From an uncultured Candidatus Cloacimonadota bacterium (GTDB lineage: Bacteria; Cloacimonadota; Cloacimonadia; Cloacimonadales; TCS61): DNA of 64,000 nucleotides. This document shows positions 31,310 to 42,218 of this stretch, in pieces. Each line of letters starts with the position of its first letter. Within the stretch, counting starts at the first letter, position 1. The position numbers and the translations under genes are program-made. The notes under the pieces are model-generated. The model made no database searches. It saw only the letters and a program-made list of their open reading frames with translations, and was not told the origin of the DNA. The DNA is taken from the NCBI GenBank assembly GCA_964433675.1, contig CAYSSJ010000002.1:7471-71470 (forward strand). Direction: 5' to 3'.

Positions 31310-32215
31310 TTAGAATAGATATCCTAACTGAACAGTCAGGCTATCATCGAAATCATCATGCGAATCCATATTATATTCTATCTTGAAATAGGAATTTTCA
31401 TAGGATTCGAAGTTTATACCGACAAGAATATTATTCTCTTCCTGATGTTCTCTGGTCACATAACCTACATAAGGTCTGAACAGACCATAGAGAACTCTAC
31501 CGAACCTCTTGCTCACATAGGGCATCTCGAATCCGGGAGCATGGCTGATTAGTGCATAGAAGTCGTAATCATCGAATTCTTTGGCAGAGCCTGTCACACT
31601 CTCCAGTTGGAGGGCAAGATTTAATACACCGAAGGCAGTCACTTCTGCATCGAGAGCAGCTTGCCAATTTCTGTTATCAGAACTTCTGAAATCTTCCCAG
31701 CGAGCCGAAGCTCCGATATTTACATTTTCAGTTTGAACTAAATAACCTTTGCCGCCAACATCCCAAGATCCGGATAATGGCATACCTGCGTAGAGATCAA
31801 ATTCTAAAAACAGTAATTCGTTATTATACACACCCAGCCATTCTGTTGGCGCTGTGTATAGTCTATGGATAGTCATAGTGTTCGAACCTTTGGCAGATAA
31901 GAGTCTTCCAAAAGGCATCGGTTGTTTACCAAGATGGAGATCACCCAATCCCCAGAGATCAAAATGTTTCCAAGCATGGGATATCTTCACTCCACCTTGA
32001 CCTTCCAATCTGCTGGAATGGTCATCGATAATATCGGTTAGATTGAGATCAACACGCCAATCTTCTCCCTGCCACCAGAGGTTTAGCATGTTCAGATACA
32101 TACCTCTTCCCTGTGGCTGTCCATCTTGAATCATCGACAGATTTACACTGACCTCATGACTTGCCAGAATGGAAAATGTCATTACCATAACGAGAATCAA
32201 AAAAGTTTTTTTCAT
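31310..32215 (-). CDS. Putative outer-membrane beta-barrel protein
   Basis: RBS and signal peptide MKKTFLILV, GKQPMPFG, terminal VQLGYLF beta-signal. Confidence 0.6.
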   Translation of the reverse strand: MKKTFLILVMVMTFSILASHEVSVNLSMIQDGQPQGRGMYLNMLNLWWQGEDWRVDLNLTDIIDDHSSRLEGQGGVKISHAWKHFDLWGLGDLHLGKQPMPFGRLLSAKGSNTMTIHRLYTAPTEWLGVYNNELLFLEFDLYAGMPLSGSWDVGGKGYLVQTENVNIGASARWEDFRSSDNRNWQAALDAEVTAFGVLNLALQLESVTGSAKEFDDYDFYALISHAPGFEMPYVSKRFGRVLYGLFRPYVGYVTREHQEENNILVGINFESYENSYFKIEYNMDSHDDFDDSLTVQLGYLF

Positions 32216-32301
32216 ACCTCTCTCCTTTATTGTTTTGTTGTACACATATTTACTGCTATTATCTGAGCGCACTAATAAATTTCTCACTAATAAATGTCAA
32301 G

Positions 32302-32337
32302 AAAAAAAACTCCGCAGGTGAATTTTGCGGAGTTTTT
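32302..32337 (-). terminator. Intrinsic terminator
   Basis: AAAAACTCCGCA..TGCGGAGTTTTT stem with flanking tracts. Confidence 0.75.
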
Positions 32338-32360
32338 GTTTACTAAATCTACGAAAAACA

Positions 32361-33716
32361 TTATCTAAACAGCTTCCAATCGAAACCGAAACCAAAAGCT
32401 AAAGATTCTTTTTGATATTCTTCTTCGGCATAAATGTTCCCTTCTTCATCATAAAGAGTTTTATCGGTATCGGTATATTTTGTATAGATAAAACCGATAT
32501 TGAAGTCCACAGTCGGAGACAGCATAAACTTTCCACCCAAAGCACCGGAATTGGAACTGAGGATAAAGTCCATATCACTGTTATACTGTTCTTCCACTCC
32601 CATAGCAGTGTGCAAATATCCCGAGCTTAAAGTTATCATCTCATTCACTACATATTCCAAGCCAAAACCTAATTCATAGCTATTGGTATCGATAAGCTCT
32701 TCTCTACCATCCCAATCTACATCTTTATCGAAATAATAATGCAGAGAAGTGGAAAGCGTCAGCATCGGCAGAGCTTTGTATGATACACCCATAGCTAATA
32801 GCGCGGGGATATCGGCACTTGTCTTCTCACCATCGGGAAACATACCGACATCATCTTTGGTTGTGTCGTTTTCCAATTCCAACGGAGTCTTGAATTCATA
32901 TTTCAAGCCAATATTCAATTGTTCGTTTGGTGAGAAGTTAAATCCGAAGATAGGAGAAAACCCGGAGCCGGTTTGTTTGGCATCCACTTCTTTATCTGCT
33001 ACCTGAGCAGCCTGAGCTTCCATGCCGGCAGCCATGAAAAAATCATAAGCAAGCATCATTTCACCTTCAGGATTGATTTGTGGATGTTGGGGATCGATCA
33101 TCACATCTTTGATATAGCCGTCGTAATCATTTTGAGCATAGATAAATCTTCCTCCCAAATAGGTAGAGAACATAGGATTCATCTCATAGGTTATGCCGGT
33201 CTGAAATCCCCAGTAAACCGAACTACCCTCAAAATAAAGATCCACATCATAATTATTGGTCGGGATCCCCTGCTGCGTAAGCATAGTGGGCAGACCGGAG
33301 ATATCGATCTCGAAAGAGGGTAAGCCCTTCGCATACTCGGCGCTGCCACCTCCACCAAGCGGATTCATCCCAATAGAATAAACAAAACTGCCTTGTTTGT
33401 AGGCTGCATAGATCCCCGGAAATAGCGGCGCGGAGACATCTCCGTTATACTCGTTGCTGTTCAACAATGGATAATCATTGTTAATCGTCTCATCCTGTAC
33501 GATAGTTTGGTTGTTGAAAGAAAAATAAAAACCGTCATAACCCAGTTTTGCTAAGCCAGCCGGATTATAGTACACAGCATCAATATCTGTGGATGCAATT
33601 CGCGATAGCATACGTGTGTAAGCAGCACTATGATTAGTGTTCGTTACTATACCACCGGCAAAACTCAAAGTTACAATAAACATCAACATACTTAAGACCA
33701 AAATAATTCTCTTCAT
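32361..33716 (-). CDS. OmpP1/FadL-family outer-membrane transporter
   Basis: Signal peptide, AVYYNPAGL hatch motif, amphipathic beta strands. Confidence 0.8.
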   Translation of the reverse strand: MKRIILVLSMLMFIVTLSFAGGIVTNTNHSAAYTRMLSRIASTDIDAVYYNPAGLAKLGYDGFYFSFNNQTIVQDETINNDYPLLNSNEYNGDVSAPLFPGIYAAYKQGSFVYSIGMNPLGGGGSAEYAKGLPSFEIDISGLPTMLTQQGIPTNNYDVDLYFEGSSVYWGFQTGITYEMNPMFSTYLGGRFIYAQNDYDGYIKDVMIDPQHPQINPEGEMMLAYDFFMAAGMEAQAAQVADKEVDAKQTGSGFSPIFGFNFSPNEQLNIGLKYEFKTPLELENDTTKDDVGMFPDGEKTSADIPALLAMGVSYKALPMLTLSTSLHYYFDKDVDWDGREELIDTNSYELGFGLEYVVNEMITLSSGYLHTAMGVEEQYNSDMDFILSSNSGALGGKFMLSPTVDFNIGFIYTKYTDTDKTLYDEEGNIYAEEEYQKESLAFGFGFDWKLFR

Positions 33717-33853
33717 ACTCACTCCTTTTTTCATAGTCTTATGTATAAATGATCAATCTTATTCTGAAGGTCAAGTATAATTTGTATATTTACTATAATT
33801 TATGTAATAATTCCGTACTGGGGAAACATCCCATCTTCTTATTATATAATGGT

Positions 33854-35140
33854 TTAACGTACTATCGGGATAAAAAGCAGCTCTTCGAATTTTTCCAGTT
33901 GGTTAGCACTGGGATCGAGAGCATTTATATGCAAAGTGTAAGAGACATAATTCCGAAGCGGTTCTTTCGGTTTGAATTTATAGAGCTCAGAGTTATATTG
34001 AACCATTTCCATCTCTACATGCCTTCCGGTATCCGTTTCGCTTAATCTCGCCTCTAGATCATCTCGCAGTATAATCTCCGAAAATTCGATCTCGATTGTC
34101 GGCGTTTGGTTATTCACCGTAGAGCCATGCCGTGGAAAAGTCCTAATAACTCTGGGTGGGATGGAATCACGCACAGCAGTTCCCTCGACTATGAGTGAAC
34201 AAATCGGATTGAGATTGTCCTTTTTATCCAACAAATCTCGCACGATGATGTTGTATTCTTTGCTCTCCATTGGTTCGGTTACGACAGCTGCTTTTTGCAG
34301 CTTCAGCGAATATGCCAGCGCCTCGAGTGGATAACGCATCGAATCCGCCGTAACGATCTCCAGATCACCAAAAGAAACGACTTCCTTGGAAAACTGTAAT
34401 TCAATTTGATTGGCAGAGCGCACCAAAGCAGTTCTCAGATCAGGTTTGATCGTATCCTGATAAGTCATTTCAATATCTATATGAGCGATTTTGGCGCTAT
34501 CAGCTTCGGTAAAATGAAAAGGTTCGGTAGCCAAATCTAATCTTCTATTATTATTCTTGTCAATATAAGCTTGGAGAAGATGTGGTTGTGGATTGAGATT
34601 CGTGATCTCATAATGATCACCGCGAACAAATCTAGAGAATACCCGCACTGAATCTGTCGTGAGCACATTTATGGTAACCGTCTTACCTTTATCTTCCTCT
34701 TCTTCATAAGAAATATTTCCGGAAATTCTATTCTCATGCAATTTGCCGGTATGATAAACGAAGGTATAATGCTTATCAAGTTCGTTACCACGTTCACATC
34801 TTATTTGTGGAGAGAAGCTAAAATAGTAGTTGGTGTCTTCCTCCAGATCCTCTGTTATACGGATAATTAGCGTATTTCTGTCCCATCTGATTCTTCTGCC
34901 GTAGATGGGGGGATAGATATACAATCCATTCACAAGCGTAGTTCTGTCTAATGATTTGGAGAATGTTACTTCCAGATCTTTATCATGAATATCGCTGAAT
35001 TGTTCGGGACTGACCGCTACAATTTCCGGTTTTTCCGTGTCTTTCTCTCCCCCTGTCGGACTTTTGCGGCTACCGCAGGATAAAAGGAATCCTCCCAATA
35101 GCAATAAACTAAGCAGAATGTACAGGTTATACCGCATCAA
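33854..35140 (-). CDS. Lipoprotein with Big_5 Ig-like domains
   Basis: Lipobox LLSC, PTGGEKDTEKP, DSIPPRVIRTFP..IEFSE repeats. Confidence 0.75.
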   Translation of the reverse strand: MMRYNLYILLSLLLLGGFLLSCGSRKSPTGGEKDTEKPEIVAVSPEQFSDIHDKDLEVTFSKSLDRTTLVNGLYIYPPIYGRRIRWDRNTLIIRITEDLEEDTNYYFSFSPQIRCERGNELDKHYTFVYHTGKLHENRISGNISYEEEEDKGKTVTINVLTTDSVRVFSRFVRGDHYEITNLNPQPHLLQAYIDKNNNRRLDLATEPFHFTEADSAKIAHIDIEMTYQDTIKPDLRTALVRSANQIELQFSKEVVSFGDLEIVTADSMRYPLEALAYSLKLQKAAVVTEPMESKEYNIIVRDLLDKKDNLNPICSLIVEGTAVRDSIPPRVIRTFPRHGSTVNNQTPTIEIEFSEIILRDDLEARLSETDTGRHVEMEMVQYNSELYKFKPKEPLRNYVSYTLHINALDPSANQLEKFEELLFIPIVR

Positions 35141-35745
35141 TGATTATCCTTCTCGATCTGATAGCGCCGCTTGAGTGCCGTACCCAGAGTAAGTGGATTG
35201 GTGTATTCGATATCTCCACCGAGCGGAATACCGGTAGATAGGCGGGTAATATTCTTCACTTCAGCTTCCAATTGATTAGCCAAGAAATTGATCGTAGCCT
35301 CTCCTTCGGCAGACGGATTCAGAGCTAGGATCAATTCTTCTATCTCTCTATCCTTGATTAAATTTAGCAATTTTGGGAAATTTATTTCTACCGGACCTAT
35401 TCCATCCAGAGGTGAAAGCAAACTATTCAGCACAAAATATTTTCCCCGATACTGATGTGTCTCTTCTATCAGGTAAACATCTTGCGTACTTTGCACTACA
35501 CAGAGCTGAGCTTCATCTCTGGCAGGATCGGAACAAAACAAGCAGGGATCGGATTCGGTGAGCATATTACAATGGGAGCAATAACCGAAGCTCTCTATTG
35601 CTATGGCTATGCTGTCCGAAAGATTGCGCGCCGAATCTTTTTCCATTGCTATGATATACATAGCCAATCTACGGGCAGATTTGGCGCCGATGCCGGGCAG
35701 TTTCTTCAGATTTTGTTCCAGCTCGGCTAATAGACCGGAAAACAT
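35137..35745 (-). CDS. recR: Recombination mediator RecR
   Basis: LPGIGAKSA HhH, C4 zinc finger, Toprim EGEAT, GIPLGGDIEY. Confidence 0.95.
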   Translation of the reverse strand: MFSGLLAELEQNLKKLPGIGAKSARRLAMYIIAMEKDSARNLSDSIAIAIESFGYCSHCNMLTESDPCLFCSDPARDEAQLCVVQSTQDVYLIEETHQYRGKYFVLNSLLSPLDGIGPVEINFPKLLNLIKDREIEELILALNPSAEGEATINFLANQLEAEVKNITRLSTGIPLGGDIEYTNPLTLGTALKRRYQIEKDNH

Positions 35746-35749
35746 GTTT

Positions 35750-36076
35750 TTAGAACAATCCGGGGATATTCATCCCACCGGTATATTTGCTCATCTCAGA
35801 TTCACTTTTTTCCGCTACTTTTTCCTGTGCTTCTTTTACAGCAGCAATGATAAGATCTTCCAACATTTCGATATCGTCCGGATCTACCACTTCAGGAGAT
35901 ATTTTTACTGAGATTAGTTCATTCTTACCATTCATCTCTACAGTAACCATGCCACCGCCGGAAGAAGCTTCTACTACCATGTTACTCAGCTCTTCCTGAG
36001 CTTTCATAATATCTTGCTGCATCTTTTGCGCTTGTTTCATCAAGTCTTTCATGCCTTTTTTTCCACCAGGATTCAT
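35750..36076 (-). CDS. ybaB: YbaB/EbfC nucleoid-associated protein
   Basis: [23 protein letters not shown]; adjacent to recR. Confidence 0.93.
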   Translation of the reverse strand: MNPGGKKGMKDLMKQAQKMQQDIMKAQEELSNMVVEASSGGGMVTVEMNGKNELISVKISPEVVDPDDIEMLEDLIIAAVKEAQEKVAEKSESEMSKYTGGMNIPGLF

Positions 36077-36136
36077 TTCATTCTCCTTATTTTCATTATT
36101 TATTTCAAAGATATATTACTTTTATCAGAAGTCAAT

Positions 36137-36964
36137 TCATTTCTCTTCTTTATGTACCAAATCGTAAACTCTATTCTTTGCGACTTTATCCTGTTTGGAT
36201 ATTTGTGCTGCTATATCTTTGTTTGACAGACCATTTCGCTTCAACCCACGAATCTTTTCCATCAGCTCTTCATCGGAGAAATCTCTTTCTTCCGCTGCTT
36301 CTACTACTACGACAAATTCACCTTTCAAAACGATTTTCTCCGGATTTTGTATTAGAACATTCAATGTTTCTCTTTGTTGTGTTTCAAACTTTTTGCTGAT
36401 CTCTCGTGCCAAGCATACTCTTCTGTTTCCCAGATTTTTTCTTAATAATTTCAGGAATTCAACCAATCTATGAGGTGCTTCGTAAAATACCAATGTCATT
36501 TTCAGATCTTTCAATTCTGCAAACAGGTTATCACGATCTTTTTTCTTTTCCGGTACAAATCCGACAAAAGCGAATCTTTGGGTCGAAAATCCGGAGCTAA
36601 CCAATGCCGGTATCAGCGCTGTAGCACCTGGTAAAGTTTGAACTTCCACCCCATTATCCAGAGCAGCTTTGATGATAAAAGCTGCCGGATCGGAGATCCC
36701 CGGCGTTCCCGCATCGGAGATCAAAGCTACATCCTTACCTTGATTCAGTTTGTCCAATAGCTCTTCTACTCGCTTCTTTTCATTGAATTTATGATAGCTG
36801 ATCATTTTTGTGTCGATTTGGTAATGTTTTAGAAGTTTACCCGAAACTCTGGTATCTTCAGCTGCGATAATATCCGCCTGTTTGAGCACTTCCACGGCTC
36901 TGTAAGTAATATCCGCAAGATTTCCTATCGGAGTGGGGACTAAAAATAAAGTTCCTTTTTTCAT
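36137..36964 (-). CDS. rsmI: 16S rRNA (cytidine1402-2'-O)-methyltransferase
   Basis: TPIGNLADIT, AEDTR, SDAGTPGISDP, YEAPHR, REISKKFE. Confidence 0.94.
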   Translation of the reverse strand: MKKGTLFLVPTPIGNLADITYRAVEVLKQADIIAAEDTRVSGKLLKHYQIDTKMISYHKFNEKKRVEELLDKLNQGKDVALISDAGTPGISDPAAFIIKAALDNGVEVQTLPGATALIPALVSSGFSTQRFAFVGFVPEKKKDRDNLFAELKDLKMTLVFYEAPHRLVEFLKLLRKNLGNRRVCLAREISKKFETQQRETLNVLIQNPEKIVLKGEFVVVVEAAEERDFSDEELMEKIRGLKRNGLSNKDIAAQISKQDKVAKNRVYDLVHKEEK

Positions 36965-36998
36965 ATTTTCCTTAGTAGAAGTACAGATAGTTTTTTTA

Positions 36999-38192
36999 CT
37001 ATGCTTGTAAAACTCCCAGTTCTCTCCCGACTTTTTGGAAAGCTTCCACAGTGAAGTCTATATCTTCTCGAGAGTGGGCAGCGGAAAGCTGCACCCGGAT
37101 GCGAGCTTGTCCTTTGGGTACCACCGGATAAGCAAAGCCAATCACATAGACTCCTTCTTCCAAGAGCTTATCTGCCATTTCCAGAGCTAAAGGCTCATTA
37201 TAGAGCATTACCGGCACTATGGCAGTGCTGCCCGGACTGAGGATAAATCCGGCACGGTTCATTTTATGCCGAAAATAGATAGCATTATCGATCACCTTAT
37301 CGCGTAATTCATTTGAATCGGAAAGCATCTCCAATACTTTCAGAGTAGTACCCGCAACCACAGGCGGCATCGAATTGGAGAAAAGATAGGGTCGAGATTT
37401 CTGCCGCAGCATTTCGATGATCTCTTTTCTTCCCGAAGTACATCCGCCACAAGCTCCGCCCAAGGCTTTACCAAATGTAGTTGTGATGATATCTACTCTA
37501 CCCATCACATCGCAATACTCGATAGAACCTCTGCCTGTTTTTCCTATATAGCCGGTAGCGTGAGAATCATCCACCATCACCAAAGCATTATATTTCTCCG
37601 CCAGATCACAAATTGCGTTCAGCTTGGCAATATCGCCGTCCATGCTGAAAACACCATCTGTAACGATAAGTCTGTGTTTAGCATCTTCTGCCTGTTTCAG
37701 GCAGCGGATCAGATCTTCCATATTGGAATGTTCATAGCGGTAACGCTGTGCCTTACACAGGCGTACACCATCTATAATAGAAGCATGATTGAGTGAATCG
37801 GAAATGATAGCAGAGTATTTGCCCAAAAGTGGTTCAAACACGCCACCATTGGCATCGAAAGCTGCTATGTATAGAATAGTATCTTCAGTGCCGAGAAATT
37901 CAGACATCTTTCGTTCCAGTTCTTTATGCACTTCCTGAGTTCCACAGATAAATCGAACAGAAGAGAGACCATATCCCCATTTATCCAGACTATCCTTTGC
38001 TGCTTGGATTACAGCCGGATGATCCGATAAGCCGAGATAGTTGTTGGCACAGAAATTTAAAACAGTTTTACCATCGGAAGTGGTAATGCGAGCTCCCTGT
38101 GGAGTAGAGATTATCCGTTCTTGTTTATACAAACCTTTTTTTTGTGCTTCATTAAGCTTCTTTCGCAATTCTTTCTTTAATTCCTTATACAT
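36999..38192 (-). CDS. kbl: Glycine C-acetyltransferase (2-amino-3-ketobutyrate CoA ligase), canonical copy
   Basis: [50 protein letters not shown]. Confidence 0.93.
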   Translation of the reverse strand: MYKELKKELRKKLNEAQKKGLYKQERIISTPQGARITTSDGKTVLNFCANNYLGLSDHPAVIQAAKDSLDKWGYGLSSVRFICGTQEVHKELERKMSEFLGTEDTILYIAAFDANGGVFEPLLGKYSAIISDSLNHASIIDGVRLCKAQRYRYEHSNMEDLIRCLKQAEDAKHRLIVTDGVFSMDGDIAKLNAICDLAEKYNALVMVDDSHATGYIGKTGRGSIEYCDVMGRVDIITTTFGKALGGACGGCTSGRKEIIEMLRQKSRPYLFSNSMPPVVAGTTLKVLEMLSDSNELRDKVIDNAIYFRHKMNRAGFILSPGSTAIVPVMLYNEPLALEMADKLLEEGVYVIGFAYPVVPKGQARIRVQLSAAHSREDIDFTVEAFQKVGRELGVLQA

Positions 38193-38241
38193 ATTTTCCT
38201 CACTCTTCTATTGCCAATTTCAGCGCTATAGTTTTCATGTC

Positions 38242-38277
38242 AAAAAAAAACCTGCCGAATTTTTTAGATCCGGCAGG
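38242..38277 (-). terminator. Intrinsic terminator ending the tdh-satP operon
   Basis: CCTGCCG..CGGCAGG stem plus T9 on the minus strand, running into TTGACA. Confidence 0.8.
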
Positions 38278-38303
38278 ATTATGATAATCAGCCGCTAACA
38301 TTA

Positions 38304-38870
38304 TCAGCTTTTTCTCTCACCAATCGGAAGGACAGTCTTACCATGAGCTTCGTTGACTATCTCAGCCATTGCCAGATAAACTGCAGATAAGCCACAGATG
38401 ATTCCTTCCCAACCCGCGATTTTACCGATCAACTCACTACCGGTCCAATCTCTGATCGCCAATAGCCAGAAGAGAATGGTAAGAGAAAGAAAGACAAATT
38501 GCAGATTTCTGTTCTTATGGAAAGTTCCGATCCACATGAAGAAGGTAAACAATCCCCACATAAATAGATACCAACCCATAAAAGCAAGTGAGGTTTCTTG
38601 ACCCCATCCTATTTCGGGAAAAACCCATAAGAATACCAGCGATATCCAGAACAAACCATAAGATGTGAAAGCTGTCATGCCGAAAGTATTGCCCTTCTTA
38701 AATTCAGAGAGACCGGCAAATATCTGAGCCAGTCCACCATAAAATATCCCCATGCTCAAAAGCATGGCGCTAACCGGGAAAAAACCTGCATTATGGATAT
38801 TCAACAGAACCGTTGTCATCCCGAAACCCATTAACCCCAGCGGAGCAGGATTTGCTAGTTTATTTTCCAT
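38304..38870 (-). CDS. satP: Acetate uptake transporter, SatP/YaaH family
   Basis: LANPAPLGLMGFG signature, GGLAQ, GNTFG..AFTSYG. Confidence 0.92.
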   Translation of the reverse strand: MENKLANPAPLGLMGFGMTTVLLNIHNAGFFPVSAMLLSMGIFYGGLAQIFAGLSEFKKGNTFGMTAFTSYGLFWISLVFLWVFPEIGWGQETSLAFMGWYLFMWGLFTFFMWIGTFHKNRNLQFVFLSLTILFWLLAIRDWTGSELIGKIAGWEGIICGLSAVYLAMAEIVNEAHGKTVLPIGERKS

Positions 38871-38886
38871 TTTCACTCCTACTATT

Positions 38887-40134
38887 TTATAATCCGTACA
38901 TTTCTATGATCTCTTGTTTTGTCTTACCAAGAATTTCATATTTTTTACCCACTTTTATAAAAGCATCCAAAGCTTTATCCAAGTGGTGAATTTCATGTCC
39001 GGCAGATATTTGTGTTCTAATTCGTGCTTTACCATTTGGAACTACCGGGAAGAAGAACCCAATAGCATAAATACCTTCATCATAAAGGTCTTTAGAAACA
39101 TCTTGAGATAATTTGGCATTGAATAGCATTACCGGTACGATCGGAGTATCGCCGGGTTGCAATACAAAACCGGCATCGGTAAGCCCTTTACGCCAATATT
39201 CCGTATTGGTCTCCAATTTATCCCTACGCTCAGTACTCTCAGAGAGAATATCCAATACTTTTAATACGCCACTAACTACTACCGGTGCGATAGTGTTCGA
39301 GAACAAATATGGGCGCGCTTTTTGACGACACATCTCCACCAACTCTCGGCGACCGGAAACACAACCACCGGAAGCTCCACCCAGAGCTTTTCCGAAAGTA
39401 GTGGTAATGATATCTACTTTGCCCAGCACACCACAATGTTCGTGTGTGCCTCTACCCTTTTTTCCTATAAAGCCGGTAGCATGGGAATCATCCAAAAAAA
39501 GCATGGCGTCGTATTTTTCACAAAGTTCAACCATCTCATCCAATTTGGCAATATCCCCGTCCATACTGAAAACGCCATCGGTGATGACTACTTTTAATCT
39601 TCTATCCGAATGCAATTGCAGTTTTTTCTCCAAATGTTTCATGTTGGAATGTTTGAATGTATCGTGAATAGCACTACAGAGCCGAATCCCATCGATGATA
39701 GATGCATGAACCAGCCGATCGGAGATCATTACATCATCTTCGGTAAGAATAGCTTCGAAAACTCCCGCATTGGCATCCATGCAACTGGGAAAGAGGATGG
39801 TGTCTTCCGTTCCCAAAAATTCTGTAACTTTACTCTCCAATTCTTTGTGAATATCCTGTGTGCCACATATAAAACGAACCGAGGACATTCCGTAACCTCT
39901 GGTATCCAGTCCTTCATGTGCAGCTTTAACCACTTCCGGATGGCTGGATAAACCGAGATAATTGTTGGCACACATATTGATAACTTTTTTCAGCGAAGAG
40001 CCCTCGGGAAACTCGACCTCGATGTCGGCAGCTTGAGCGGAGTGGATAAACCGCTCAACTTTGAAAATACCGGCGTCTTTTACGTTCTGCAACTCTTCTT
40101 GATAGATCTTGCGCACCTTATCGCTAAAACTCAT
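38887..40134 (-). CDS. kbl: Glycine C-acetyltransferase-like PLP enzyme, second copy
   Basis: [39 protein letters not shown]; short N-terminal insertion and C-terminal extension. Confidence 0.85.
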   Translation of the reverse strand: MSFSDKVRKIYQEELQNVKDAGIFKVERFIHSAQAADIEVEFPEGSSLKKVINMCANNYLGLSSHPEVVKAAHEGLDTRGYGMSSVRFICGTQDIHKELESKVTEFLGTEDTILFPSCMDANAGVFEAILTEDDVMISDRLVHASIIDGIRLCSAIHDTFKHSNMKHLEKKLQLHSDRRLKVVITDGVFSMDGDIAKLDEMVELCEKYDAMLFLDDSHATGFIGKKGRGTHEHCGVLGKVDIITTTFGKALGGASGGCVSGRRELVEMCRQKARPYLFSNTIAPVVVSGVLKVLDILSESTERRDKLETNTEYWRKGLTDAGFVLQPGDTPIVPVMLFNAKLSQDVSKDLYDEGIYAIGFFFPVVPNGKARIRTQISAGHEIHHLDKALDAFIKVGKKYEILGKTKQEIIEMYGL

Positions 40135-40230
40135 AATAAACTCCTTTCCTTGATCTTACAAAACGATCATTTTGCAAGAAGCGATTGAGCTCGATCATTG
40201 CAAGTTGATCAAGCATTATCCCATCCTTTT

Positions 40231-40476
40231 TTACTTTACAAACTCTTTTACCAAATCAGTAATTTTGTTAACGCTATCGAAAGCTTCGGGAGTTGCTTTT
40301 TCGTCCGGTATAGAGATTTTGTACTTTGCTTCCAAAAATCTCTTCAGCGATACCATAGAAAAAGAGTCCACGATTCCACCGGAAATAAGCGGCGTATCAT
40401 ATGATATCTCATCATCTTCATCTTCCAGATACTCATCGATCACGTATTCCAATACAATTTCTTTCATGTCTTCCAT
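40231..40476 (-). CDS. Acyl carrier protein
   Basis: 81 aa, highly acidic, GIVDSF phosphopantetheine serine motif, FDSVNKI. Confidence 0.88.
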   Translation of the reverse strand: MEDMKEIVLEYVIDEYLEDEDDEISYDTPLISGGIVDSFSMVSLKRFLEAKYKISIPDEKATPEAFDSVNKITDLVKEFVK

Positions 40477-40493
40477 TTTTTTTCTCCTTATAT

Positions 40494-42197
40494 TTAATCA
40501 TCTTCCAAAGTGGATGTATCACCGATCTCCTCACCCCATTCTTTGGCGTGCAGAAGTCGGCGCATTATCTTACCGCTACGTGTTTTGGGTAGTTTCTCCA
40601 CATATTCGATCTCCTGAGGCATAGCCAACGGTGATAGCTTTTTACGGATGAAATTCATAATGCTAAGCTCGAGCATATCATCAATCTCATAACCGGGTTT
40701 CAGCATTACAAATGCCTTTACTACTTCCATATTGACTTCATCCGGTTTGGAAACTACTGCGCTCTCTGCCACTGCCTCATGTTCCAAGAGAGCCGATTCT
40801 ACTTCAAACGGACTGACCAGATGCCCACCGGTATTGATAATATCATCATCCCGACCTACGAACCAGAAATATCCATCCTGATCGATATAAGCTCTGTCAC
40901 CCGGTAGATACCAACCGTTCTTGAATTTTGCCTGATAGGTTTCTTCATTGTTCCAATAAGTTCTCATCATTGCGGGCCAACCGGGACGGAAAGCGATCAG
41001 GCCGATCTTCCCATGTTCACTGTAGGGTTCGAATGTCTTGGGATCAACAATTGCAGCGGTGATGCCGGGAAATGGTTTGCCCATCGAACCGGGTTTGATT
41101 TTCATGCCCGGAAAATTAGTCAGCATCATCGAGCCGGTCTCGGTCTGCCAATAGGTATCCAAGAAAGGATGTCCATATACCTTCTCACTCCAGACTACTG
41201 CTTCGGCATTCAGTGGTTCACCTACACTGGCAAGATGGCGCAAAGAGGAAAGATCGAATTTCTTGATGATCTCATCTCCGGCTTTCATGAGAGAACGAAT
41301 AGCCGTAGGTGCAGAGTACCAGACTGTAACCTTATACTTTTCGATGAATTTGTACCAACTCTCGGCACTGAATCCGACATCCAAAACACATTGGGTTGTG
41401 CCCAGACTCCATGGTCCGATAATACCATAAGAAGTTCCGGTTACCCAGCCCGGATCGGCAGTACACCAATAAATATCATCATCTTGTAAGTCCAATACCC
41501 ATTTTGTAGTTAGATACTGAGATATGAGAGAATAATGAACATGTTTCACCCCTTTGGGCTGACCGGTAGTTCCGGAAGTGTAATGCAGTACAGAAGGAGA
41601 TTCAGCTTTAGTAGGATGGATCCGGAAGTTTTTAGGCTCGGGATAAGATTCCAAATCGAAGGCAACTTCTCGCTCTCTGAGCGGTTTTCTCTCATCAGAA
41701 TCTACAACTATGATATGCTTTAGATAAGGGCTTTTGTCTAACAACCTACGTACTTTGGCAATATGTTTACGCTGAGTGATGATAGCCTTAGTCTCGGCAT
41801 TCTCCAAGCGTACATGCAAGGATTCATCTCCAAAAGCGGAAAATAAAGGCTGGACTATAGCACCGATCTTGAGACCACCCAAAAAACTGATGTATAGTTC
41901 GGGGATCTTGTCCATAAACAAACAGACACGGTCTTCCGCTTGAATACCCAAACTACGCAAGAAATCTCCTACTTTGTTACTGTTGATGCGTATTTGGTCG
42001 AAAGTATATCGTTTCGTCTTTCCTCCCATACCTTCCCAATGCAAAGCAACTTTATCTGCTTTTCCCATATCGCAGATACGGTCGGAACAATACCACCCGA
42101 TATTGATCACATCTCCATCTTTGTAGTCGAGTTCTTTCTCAGCAATCGACCAACCAAAATTCTTAACTCTCTCTTCGTATGAGCCAATGTTCGACAT
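40494..42197 (-). CDS. acsA: Acetate-CoA ligase-like adenylating enzyme (AcsA-type)
   Basis: YTSGTTGQPKG, TADPGWVTG, DTYWQTETG (acetate-pocket Trp), PKTRSGKIMRR. Confidence 0.88.
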   Translation of the reverse strand: MSNIGSYEERVKNFGWSIAEKELDYKDGDVINIGWYCSDRICDMGKADKVALHWEGMGGKTKRYTFDQIRINSNKVGDFLRSLGIQAEDRVCLFMDKIPELYISFLGGLKIGAIVQPLFSAFGDESLHVRLENAETKAIITQRKHIAKVRRLLDKSPYLKHIIVVDSDERKPLREREVAFDLESYPEPKNFRIHPTKAESPSVLHYTSGTTGQPKGVKHVHYSLISQYLTTKWVLDLQDDDIYWCTADPGWVTGTSYGIIGPWSLGTTQCVLDVGFSAESWYKFIEKYKVTVWYSAPTAIRSLMKAGDEIIKKFDLSSLRHLASVGEPLNAEAVVWSEKVYGHPFLDTYWQTETGSMMLTNFPGMKIKPGSMGKPFPGITAAIVDPKTFEPYSEHGKIGLIAFRPGWPAMMRTYWNNEETYQAKFKNGWYLPGDRAYIDQDGYFWFVGRDDDIINTGGHLVSPFEVESALLEHEAVAESAVVSKPDEVNMEVVKAFVMLKPGYEIDDMLELSIMNFIRKKLSPLAMPQEIEYVEKLPKTRSGKIMRRLLHAKEWGEEIGDTSTLEDD

Positions 42198-42218
42198 AAC
42201 TTCTCTCCTTTTAACTGC

